From Phoronis australis (lineage: Eukaryota > Animalia > Phoronida), in NCBI GenBank assembly GCA_002633005.1, contig NMRA01000014.1, positions 397,898 through 461,897 on the forward strand: a DNA stretch of 64,000 bases, in the 5' to 3' direction. A program made the translations under genes and the position numbers. This document shows positions 24,901 through 36,900 of this stretch, in pieces. A model generated the notes under the pieces. It was given only the letters and a program-made list of their open reading frames with translations, was not told the DNA's origin and did not search any database. Position 1 is the stretch's first letter, and every line of letters begins with the position of its first letter.

Positions 24901-27900
24901 CTGAAGCTTACATTCAAATACCTGAAAAGAACCCAATGAAACTTGACTGCTCTCTTGTCTTTGGGGAAAGGAGCTGACGTCTTCTGATAAAGATTATTTT
25001 CAAGTGAATGGAAAATCCTCCTTATAATCCTAAATCTAGCTTGTCTTTTGACAAAAGACTGGTTTGTGGGAGCTTTAGTTCATACTTACCAATCGGTGGT
25101 AATGTGGGCTTGGGCAGTTTAGCAAGCTGTTTATCGCAGTAGTCATTATAGTCGTTGCTCCACCTACTGCCGATATTGTACTGCTTTAGCTGTTCGAAGA
25201 TACGAGCTATTGTCAGCTGGTTGCTACTGCGCAGGATATGAACACTCTTGTCAACAACACCGACAGCACACAGAGAGTCAGGGCTAGCCTTCAGACGAAA
25301 GGTGGTATCACCACCAGGGTGCGCTGTTTGCTCACCCAAGCTCATGTCAACCTGCAGGAACACGTGATGAGATGTATTATCTTATACATTCCACTACGAG
25401 CGGTGTTAAATTCAGATCACGTAATTATTTATTTTAGTCCAGGCAAAAGGGTAATTTTAGTCCAGAAAAAGAGGGTGTGCCCCTTTTGAGAAATCCCCAG
25501 AAGCATTGCACAGTTTACTTGAAGCTGGTAAATGCACGAGTGCATGCATGCAATTTCTATTGTGACAGTTTACCTTGTTTGCCAGGCACTTCTCCACAGT
25601 AAGCTCAGTTGAGTCAGCCACAACTTCGCCATCAGGACGGGTGTAATACACAACTAGGCGGGACAGCGGTGCCATCTCAGAGGTTACACGGAAACGAAGC
25701 TTGACACTGCTAACGTGAGGCGGCAGGGTAATGTTGGCATTGGTGTCCTCAATGAAGAAATATGGAACTGAAATACAAGAAAAAAATAATAAAACCAGCA
25801 CCAACAACAGAATGAAAATACAAAATTATTCATTAAATAACAACAGCAAGATCAAAATTAATGAACAAAAAGGAACACAACACCTTACAACAGAAGGCAT
25901 TGATATAAGCCAACTGTGTGAATAGTTTTCCTCCCAATATATTTTGAATGTTCTTAAACAGAACTACTCCTCAACTCACAGATAACATCACGTCTATGAC
26001 GGCCAAGCACTGATGCAGTGTGCGGCACAATGGTTTCTTCCACAGCAGGTTGACGAGGGTCTTTCTCATTCTCCTGGGACACGGTGTCAGGGGAACTTGG
26101 CTGTCTATAGTCATGGTGTATGAAACGGTGGTGCTTGTGGCCACTGTGCACAATATTACCACGTGACATCACCTGCAAAGTATGTAGGAGTGGCATCAGG
26201 ACACAGAAGAACAGGAGCTCAGAATTCACAATGAGCAACTAGTGAGACTATGGTCCAGCCTGCTTTCTACAAGCCACATGCAACACAGTCCAAGAAAAAC
26301 TCCCAACACTGGTGAACAGGTCTATTCTCGATCTGTTCATGAAACCAATGATTCGTTCTTCTTTACCAATGTGGAGAATCTCTAGAGCCTCTCGATTTGT
26401 ATTGCCAATTTTCTTTGAGGTTTATAAAATTCGTTTACTGTGTTGAGCTGTTAAGTGTGAAACAGTGCAAAGTGACACAGTGCAGGGTCATCATTATCAA
26501 GCACACATTTACACTCACAACTTGAGTCCTGGCAACACAGCATTAGTTTGAGACAAGAATGTGGAGTGCACAAAATGGGGCAAGTACTTGCAAATTTAGA
26601 TTACGTTTGAAATTTTTTTGGACATGTCATGATTACAATACATTCTGAACTAAAAGGCAAAGCAATTCAGTCAGTAGATATGGCGTGGAAACAATCAGCC
26701 TTAAATACCCCATTGCGCAAACACACGCGACATGGTTGTTTCTACATTGAAACAGTTTTGCAATACACAGATGGTATGGGACAAGATGGTCAGGATAGAG
26801 TTCCTCTACCTCAGAAAATGGATATAAATTTGACACCACAGTCATTGTGTCAACTTGCATTTACTACACAGATGCTTACACCTCATCAATTCTTTCTGGG
26901 TCAACAAACAATTATTGAACTAACAATTTCAGGTATTGCAACACCAAGCCCACAATATTTCAAATGACACTCATGCTCTAAAAAGAACACAGATCCTACC
27001 TCATAGTTGAACTTGAAGTCTGTGTTTGCCTCGGTCGTGTACGCAACAGTGATCTCAACCTCCTCATCACAAAGGAGAGTACGGTGCAGTGGATTCACCT
27101 GCAGGAAGCTTCCTGAGGGTGAAAACCACTGCTTGACATGGTGGTTGCCAGTGGGCATGTACATGCGCAGGTAGTAGGGGTCATCTTCGGTGTATGTGTA
27201 ATTGTACTCTACAGCTCTGGCCTAGAATAGCAGACATGGCACAGTCATTGGATCAAAGCATTTAGTGATTACAGCCAATCAAAACACAGGTAGGATATTG
27301 AATGAGACCGTTCTCTGAAAAGAAGAGTGCAGACATTATCCTTATTCTCAACAAAATCAAACAAATCTGGAAGGGATTAAGACAAAAGTTAGGCAAAAAT
27401 AGCAAGTTAGGTTCTGACTCATTTTGAAACCTTTGCCTCACAACTGGCATAAGGTAATGCTGGGTAAAAAAGATCCCCATCTGTTGAAAATATCTGAAGA
27501 AAGGCAGAATGCTATTGTCATTAGAGATCCTATTTGCCAAATTTCATGAACATCCATCACCTTGGTACTTACTAGATATTTAGGCACACACAAAGAAAAT
27601 CATAGGTGGAGTGAGGGAACACTGACAGTAGCCAGACTAGCCTCTGACTCCATGACAGCGCTTTCCCGCTCAGTGACTTTACCAGATGTAGAAGGATGTG
27701 AGCGTGTGATAACATCTAGCTTTTTTGTTAACTGCCAAGCACAGCCTTTTGCCTGGTATGACAACACACAGGCCAATTATCTACCAGGCTTATTACAGAC
27801 CAGGCGTGAACACAGCCAAACCCAGAGCAAATTGGTAGGTTCGGGAAGAATAGATTGTGGTAACTTCGGTTGTAGTTGGGCAATTTTGGCCATTCAAAAA

Positions 27901-30900
27901 CTAAACATGATCACCATAATGATGAAGATTTCAGTAATGCAATTGGTTTCTGTCCAAATAGGTTATAACCCAACTTTTACTTTGAACAGCAAAGCTCAGT
28001 CAGGCTAGATATAATCTTATTGGAGATTAGAGCAATTATGGAATAAAAGAGAGCTGGCCCTCCAACCATAAATGCCAGAATGGAGTTAATCAGTCGTGTA
28101 AGATATTGGCTACATGGGTCATATTCCCAACTTGTAGTTGGGCTATAGAACCAAACACCTTGGGAGCAACGGGAAAACAAAATGCAATATGACACATACC
28201 TTCCTGAACACATAAAATCAATTCCAATGAATATCCATTCGAAACACTTGGTATATACTAATGCACAGACAAAAAACAAACTTCTGGGTTTATCCAACTT
28301 GGAGTGTTCCATAATTCTAATCCCCAGAGACCCGTTTAGTCTCTCCTAGGTAGATATGGGATGGGTCCTCCATGTGAGAGAGCTGGTAGATCACACATGA
28401 CTTCTTGTTGTTGGGAGTGGGATCCTTGAGGACTGGACAATCCACCATGAACTGAGATTACAAAAAAACAGCTCTCCCAGATTATAACCCATTTCTATAT
28501 CTGGGTCAACAAAACGCACATAATCCATTCGTTGAAAAATATTCTTAAATGACGATGAAGACGTTCAAATAAAAACTTCACAAACTTACTATTTTATCGC
28601 ATCATAAAAGATGTCTGAGCACAAAGAGAATATTAGTGGTAACCACTGTAAGCATAATTTTTTCCTGCTGCTCCTTGAAGCATGGTACAAAATTGGGATA
28701 TATGTTGTCACATCAGCCAAAAGACTGCACTCGGCTGTTAACAAAGGAGCCAGATGTTATCAGACCTTCACAACTAGCATAAGTCAGGGAAAGTCACTGG
28801 ACAGAAGAACACCCTAATGTGACAGGGGTGTTGGTGGATACAACACTGGACCCTTGCAAGACACCAGAGGGAGATGATGACATAATGTGCCCACACATAT
28901 AACTTTACTTATATTGGTGCGAAAAAGCTGAGTGGAATGGCTGTCAAACTAACAAGTGTTTAGCAAGTGTATCTTGCTTTTGTACCTCGCTTATACTGAA
29001 CATCTCAAGAATTTGCTCAGTTTGCCTCAACTTCTGGTAACTTACGCGAATACTGTACGAGTTGTCCAAAATCTGCTTGAATGATGGTACCGAATACACA
29101 AACTCGCCATTCTTGTCTGTTTCATAATACTGCTGAAACACCTCACCAGACTTGTAGTTATCCACCTTGATTTCAATGATCTGCCTAGGAGCGGGCTCAC
29201 CACCAGGAGTTGTAACGATGGCCTGAAATGAAGCATGGTAAAACTAGCCCCACATGCCATCAATATGCAAATGAACAAGAAAGCGTGCACTGTTTACCCT
29301 AGAGAACCCAGCGATTTCCTCAGTACAGGCGCCATCACAGATTGAAATGAACTAGTTGCTATTCATGGGCTTGGCTAAATGTGTATTGACTGAGATAATT
29401 GCGGTCATATACCCACATGTCTGTTAGTAAGAGGTTTAAAGTTAAAATACAGACACTAAATTGGGCAGTCGACCAACAGGACTTTTTCTTAAAATTGAAA
29501 AGTAAACATTAAAGGCGAAGGCAACCTTTTTCCATGTCATTTTGAGCTAAAATAAGGTTGGTTGGTTATCCTAGACATATTTTTCACTTAATTACAGCTT
29601 TTCGTAATTTTATTAATTACTCGTCCGCTTTTCCGGAAGTGACGTTTTAGGAGGCAAGCGCTTCCCGCCACTTGGTTTTGCGTTGAGCTTACTGTGCGAA
29701 TCTGTTCTATTCTACTTTTGTTTTGTGCTATTTTTCACCAATTGTCGCCACCACTTTCCATCGGCGAGTATTCTGCGGCAAGATAGGTTAGTAGAGAACT
29801 CAACTGCGTTGGATTTAGGGATTGTTTAGTGTGTTGTAAGCTGAAAATGGCTGGAGTCGGTGACCCGTATCACAGTGACAGTAGTGTGAGTGACGGAGAC
29901 CTTGTTCACAGCAGTGGTGACGAGGAATTTTTTCACGGACATTCAGTGGGTGGGTACATGTTTGAGCCCGAGTACAACGAGGCAGAGTACACACAGGCAC
30001 AGGCAGCTGTTGAGAGAAACGAGGCGGCTACTGAAGACAGACGTGGTGACACATCTTGGTGCAAATGCACTGTGTGCGTTGTTATGCCTACCTCAATTGA
30101 ATGCTTGTGCTGTTCCGAGTTCCACATCAATTATCTTTTTGGTCTCTTCCTCCATTAGAGTGTATGTGGTATACTTGGCGGACCGCCCTGGTGAGTCAGA
30201 CAAGTTCTCCTTCTCCATGAATTCCGCCACCAACTCGAGATGTTGTGACATGTATGCGTCATTGACAACTGGTATTAAATAGGAATTCTGAATGTTGTTG
30301 AATGTTGTTTTCGAAAAAAAACTTGACTTTTCCAAAGTCCATCATTGTCTTCACCGACTGAAACGTGTTTCCAGTGAAGAGCACACCACTGGACATGGTT
30401 AAGTGGACCTCCGGCATACCACGGACAGAGGAACAACTGTCCCACTTGCCAGAGTGTCCCGTGACACACTCCCACTGGATGGTGACCTGAGCACCCAAAC
30501 TGCTTACATTGTGTCGTGTGACTCCCTCGCCACACACCTGGCACCTTCTAAATAGCTCCAACACTTTAGACAAGTCCACAATAAACTTATCAAAGTTTGG
30601 CTCACCGATCTGTTCACTGGACGACGAACTGTCCTCTTCACTGGGTGTCGAACTGGGCCTGTAATCACTCCCACTACTCAATATCGCTGCAGGGCTGCTT
30701 AGAGGCTCTGGGCTGGAGAAAACAGCACAGGGCGAATCACTACTGGTTCCAGGAATTGCACGCTCTGGGGTACGTTCGGAGGCACGGGTGACAGTAGATG
30801 AAGTGCCTCCACTGGCTCCAGTCACTGTACTGGCCACAGCTCGCGAGGCTTCTCGCTTCAAAAACGCACTTCTCGGGGGTGGCGACGGGGCACTGCCGGG

Positions 30901-33900
30901 AATCAACACAGACGGAATGGCATCCTTCTTCAAGCGTTGTTTCGCGGGGACCTTCATCAGTTCAGCGTACAAATCCCTTTCGTAATCGGACGGCAGAAAG
31001 TGCTTGCCACACACACGGTAATTCTCCACTGCTTTGTACGTTGCGTGGACGGGTAACGCTGCGTTCTTCACACGAACAAGCCAAGTACGGCGAAGTGTGT
31101 CATCCATCGGAAAGCGATGCAAAGGCACTCCCAAAGCGCGCGTGAGCCGATAATTACTACATCCCGGTACGCAACAACAGTGTGGCATGTTGACTGACTA
31201 GTAAATGAAAGCGAACGACGACGGAACTTAACACAACCGAGGTAGAACAATGACTGACTCGGCAGCTCTCACAGTCAGACTATGTGAAAAGAAATTGGCG
31301 GGAAGCGCTTGCCTCCTAAAACGTCACTTCCGGAAAAGCGGACGAACAATTAATAAAATTACGAAAAGCTGTAATTAAGTGAAAAATATGTCTAGGATAA
31401 CCAACCAACCTTATTTTAGCTCAAAATGACATGGAAAAAGGTTGCCTTCGCCTTTAACATTATAAGAGAAATTAGCGAATAGGATCTCTTTAGCAGCTCG
31501 GCTAAGCCACAACTGTGGCCTAGGCATTGGGGAAACAAAGCCTCAAATTTTTGCATAGAATTTGCCTTATGCATAGCTGCAACCCTAAAACACAGATGTG
31601 AATGTACGTGATATATAATAGTTTTTAAACACTCTTGCCAATTTATTTTGCTATGGCAATGATTTAGAATTTAGAAACGATGAATGCAAAAAAGGCATGC
31701 TGCCTAGCAATATAGACTTTTGTCAAACAAATATGAAGAAAGGACACTATGGGGAGTGGTCAATAGGTAAAGTCAGTGGTAAAAAACGTACCTTTCCATA
31801 GAAATTGAGGCCTGGTTTGAAACCTTTAGGAGAATTTGTACTCAGGTCAATTTGTAAACGCTCATGGACGAAAGGACAGGACTCATCTGTAGCATTCTGT
31901 CGAAGACCTTAGAGTACAGAGAAAATACAGAAAGTAGCTTCGTGTTCAGCTATAATCATGGCAACAGAAAGCACTAGCGCCAAATCTCCCATGGTAATGA
32001 ATACTATTGACATGTAATAGAACCATTCATTTTCTAGAATATATCCTTGCAGTTGTACAAATTGCCTGCACAATCATTACGTACCATTTTCCTGGAGTGC
32101 AAAAATCAAGAAATTTCCACTATTACAATTTAATCTAGAATCCCGCTTTACTGATCTTTATAATGTGTTTTGGTCGAGATAGAGCGGACCGAAAATCTTC
32201 CCCTCATTTTCCAGTCAAAAATCCTGAGTAAACCACATGCCTTTATTTGGTCAGTAACATGTGATTTCACGCTAATACACATTAGCTGATGGCGTTAAGG
32301 AAAGAGTTGCCTAACCAAACAACAGTTCCAACTTTGTTGACAGAGTCAAGAACCTGATAGTTCCTGTAGGACACAAGTTCCATATGATGTTAGTGCTCTT
32401 TTCACTAGTGTCTCCATAGAGAAGGCCCTCACCATTGTACGCAAGAGGCTAACTGATGACCCCACCCTCAGTCTACGCACTAAGTTGTCTTTTGAGCTAG
32501 TTCACCAGCTATAGAGTTTTTGCCTTCATACTACATATTTCATATGCAACAACAGATTCTACCAGCAATGCCACGGAGCTGCCATGGGATCTCTAGTGTC
32601 TCCCATAATAGCTGACATATACATGGGGGAGTTTGAACAGACTGCATTTTGGCCAAGGCGTCCAGTCCCCCATCCATCTGGCTTAGGCATGTGGACGACA
32701 CTTTTGTTATGCTCCCGGAAAATGATATCTCCACTTTTACTGATCTCATTTACAGCATTGACAACTGTATTCAATTCACCAAGGAGCCAGAATCCAACAG
32801 AATCTTAACTTTCTTGGATCTATGAGTACATGTCACTGATAATGGTTCCATCAAAATTATGATTTACAGGAAACCGTCACACACGGACCAATACCTTCAG
32901 TTTTCATCCAACCACCCTTTAACACAGAAACATTCTGTCTTAATTTAGCAACGAAATTTGATAGCAATGCAACACAGTTCTGCAGAGCGACTGTCATAGG
33001 CAACAGATACGTCATAGAGCGTAAATTTGATGAACCTAGCTTCCGATCTGACTTGTTTCAGAGATCAAGCTTCAACCGCCTTAGGCTAGAACAAGTGCCC
33101 CCTCCCCCTAAAACGATTTTTTTCTAAACGCCCAGGACGCTTATTAGGGCAAATAAGGGAATACAGCTTTGCACCAAGACTTGGTGTTGCACCAATGTAT
33201 TTTTTGTTGCACGAACGGATTGTTGCCAATTTTTGCTCGTTTCATAACCTATAAGGATGGCCAAAATGAAAATGTTGCTATTTGAAATTTATTGTTTGCA
33301 TAATCCAGAAAATCAAAGGTCGATTTTTTAAAACGCTATAGGCGAAAGACTAGCAGAGGATGCTCACTGTTTCAAAATTGCCCTGCAGGTATTACTATGT
33401 CATGCAGCATTATTTAACTGGTCTTGGCTAATTATCATTTTATGGCCTGGTCATCCATTCAGCCAAAAGTAGTTCCATAGATGGCTTATCAGCCAATTAT
33501 TCACACATGCTGACTCACAATAGAGGCCTGATAAGAGTGAAGGTGGATTAATGCAGTGTTCCCACAGTTTCTTATGGTAGTGGATGTGTTCAGGACATGT
33601 TTTCAGGTTCCAGCTGTTTGGACAACCCCAGTCACCCTCCCGGGGATTCCCATATGAGCCCATATTAAAATGTATGTTAAATAATTGAACAAAAAATGCT
33701 AAAGGTCAAGATTTTGATCAATTTTAATATTACTTGAAATGAAATGAACAATTAAATGTGTTTCCTCGATTTTCCACGTATATTGCACTAAATTAAACGG
33801 CCAGTCATCGCCGATTCCAATACAAGCCAAATTTGTTGTAACGATGTCCTAAACTCCGATTGGTGCAAGTGCCATCTCATTTTTTTGGCACTAAAAGGGG

Positions 33901-36900
33901 GCTACTGTATTGTAAAAGCCATACTTAATTAACGACGGGGATATGCTACGACACCGTTTGTTGATATTTTTCATCAATACACGTATTTTAGATAAAAATA
34001 GTCATTTTGGTACCATATTAGGCCTTTAAAATTGGGTCAAAGCCTCAGATTTGCACTCTTTGTGTTCGATTTCAAATATTCTATATATTTTTCAATATGA
34101 ATATTTGAAAAATAATGTGAATTTCTGGTTGTAGAATGGCTGCACAAGTCTGATGAGTTGTTTGCACACTTCCTAGTTTATCTTGCGTTACATTTGATGA
34201 AATATTACATACAAAAATATGATATTACCTGCTGTTGCCTCTGTGACTGTGGCCGTGATCTTCAGTTTAGCCGAGTAAGCCAAGTGATAGTTAGTGTTTC
34301 GGAGGCCAATCTCTTCCGATGGAACACTGAACTTTTTACAGCCTTTGATCTGAAAAAGACATTCAGAAGAAATCCCCACATCAGTTCTCGTTTGATAGCA
34401 AACTAGAAATAATTTCTAATATGACCAAACAAAATGTTGTGACCAACTTCTCATGCTATGAACATTCCCACTAAATAAAATTGGTTCTAACCCCGGTGTT
34501 TAAGGTAAACGGCGGGGTATGGAAAATTGAACTAGACCGTATTTATCCACCTTGGCTGAGACGCGCTCGGCTCATGCTCAAAGGGATGCCGCCAAGCTGC
34601 TCTATTCATCGAGTCACGAGCGAGGATAATTGACTTCGCTCATGCGGATATGATCAGCTGATTACAGTCTAGCCTAACAACTGTACTTTTTATGGAGAGA
34701 ATTTTACGTAGTTTTTACTGTNNNNNNNNNNNNNNNNNNNNNNNNNNNNNNNNNNNNNNNNNNNNNNNNNNNNNNNNNNNNNNNNNNNNNNNNNNNNNNN
34801 NNNNNNNNNNNNNNNNNNNNNNNNNNNNNNNNNNNNNNNNNNNNNNNNNNNNNNNNNNNNNNNNNNNNNNNNNNNNNNNNNNNNNNNNNNNNNNNNNNNN
34901 NNNNNNNNNNNNNNNNNNNNNNNNNNNNNNNNNNNNNNNNNNNNNNNNNNNNNNNNNNNNNNNNNNNNNNNNNNNNNNNNNNNNNNNNNNNNNNNNNNNN
35001 NNNNNNNNNNNNNNNNNNNNNNNNNNNNNNNNNNNNNNNNNNNNNNNNNNNNNNNNNNNNNNNNNNNNNNNNNNNNNNNNNNNNNNNNNNNNNNNNNNNN
35101 NNNNNNNNNNNNNNNNNNNNNNNNNNNNNNNNNNNNNNNNNNNNNNNNNNNNNNNNNNNNNNNNNNNNNNNNNNNNNNNNNNNNNNNNNNNNNNNNNNNN
35201 NNNNNNNNNNNNNNNNNNNNNNTTTACCCGTTTGGGAAACCGGCTTTCAACTGCCGTAGGCTACAATAAGAATCCCCTCCCCGTGAAATGATTTTTTCTA
35301 AGCGTTTATTAGAGCCAATACAGTATACAGCTTTCCACCAAGGCTAGATGATACTACGACACTATTCTTTGTTGCATTAGTAACTGGTCTTGGCTAATAT
35401 TATCATTTTATGGCCTGGTCATCCATTCAGCCAAAAGTAGTTCCAGAGGTGGCTTATCAGCCAATTATTCACGCATGCTGACTCACAATAGAAGCCTGAT
35501 AAGAGTGAAGGTGGATAAATGCAGTGTTCCTACAGTTTCTTGTTTTAGTGGATGTGTTCACCACATGTTAACAGAAGGAAGTATAAATCATTGAGAGTTG
35601 CAAAGATACAGTGTGGGATTTTAAAGGAAGCCAGTCAATCAACTCACATCAACATTGTTGTTAATACCCACCACTATGTGCAATACTTGCTTACCTTTCA
35701 AAGGTTTCCAATCATTGTCATTTATATTAAATAATGATCAAGCAGAGGTTTGCAGATGCATGTAAAATGATTACTCGGTGTCCAATTGTAGTATCTTGGA
35801 CAGTGCAAGGCCTAGTATACTCATTGGATAAAACCATTCCTCAATGTGCAAGTGCATCACCTTGATCTCACATTGTTTTCAGGATATAGTCTAGAGAAGA
35901 GGCTTTTTACCCTTGTGTTATTGACCTATCATGTCTCACCTCCATGAACTTTTACTGTTCTTGTACCTTTGAGAATGAGGAGTGCACTTTGAAACACATT
36001 AGAAAAATGAAGATGTGCACTATTTGGCTATTCATCAAATGTTTGACTGAACAGGTCTTTTGGTACGAAATGAGATTGTGGATTAAATGACTGCGTTTAA
36101 CGAGGACACAATTCAAGATCCCATTGTTAAATTATTATTTTTCCCTTTCGATCCACAAATAGCGAAAGGTGCCGTGTGACTTGTACTTATTCATTATTAC
36201 TAGCGATCATTTTTACTAGCGATCAATTTTCCTAGCGATCATTTATACTAGCGATCATTATTACTAGCGATCATTTTTACTAGCGATCAATTTTCCTAGC
36301 GATCATTTATACTAGCGATCATTATTACTAGCGATCATTTTTACTAGCCATCAATTTTACTAGCGATCAATTTTCCTAGCGATCATTTATACTAGCGATC
36401 ATTATTACTAGCGATCATTTTTACTAGTGATCCTTATGTGCCCACATATTTATATGTGGACGCATTATGCCGTCATCTCTGTCCGGGCGGCGTCTGTCCG
36501 GCGTCCGCTGCTCTATCTCCAAAACCCTTTGACATACGTTGATGAAATTTGGCACATATGTTCCATTCATAAATGGGACAGCATGAGCGAACTTTCGGAC
36601 AGATCAGACCACCAGTGTGCCCCTAGTGGCAATTTTAGTTTTTTACGCTTATCTTTGTATCTTCAAAAGTCCTGAACAGCTTTTCATGAAATATGGTATG
36701 TAGGCACCTATTAGTGAGATGACGCTATCCTCCCGTTTTCGGATGGATTCGACATAGTTTGTGCCACCTAGTGGCCATTTTTGCTGTTTTCGAGTCTGTT
36801 TTTTTGCGTCCACGCCTCTATCAACCAAACCGCTCAAAGGATGATTGTGAAAATTGGCATGTGTGTGCTTACTATGAAGAGGACAATTGACGATGATTTT

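Larger units (their letters stand above)
29513..31453. mobile_element. Kolobok DNA transposon, internally deleted, in intron 9
   Basis: Near-perfect ~158 bp TIRs (29513-29670 / ~31296-31453), AG...CT termini, TTAA on both sides (29509-29512, 31454-31457), and convergent THAP-transposase and Cys-rich ORFs. Confidence 0.9.

Noticed and set aside
34692-35291. Long ORFs across N runs (also 58940-59688)
   Set aside because: Artefacts of assembly gaps.
36195-36428. Regular short repeats resembling a CRISPR array
   Set aside because: Units are contiguous with no unique spacers, and the context is a eukaryotic intron; it is a minisatellite.
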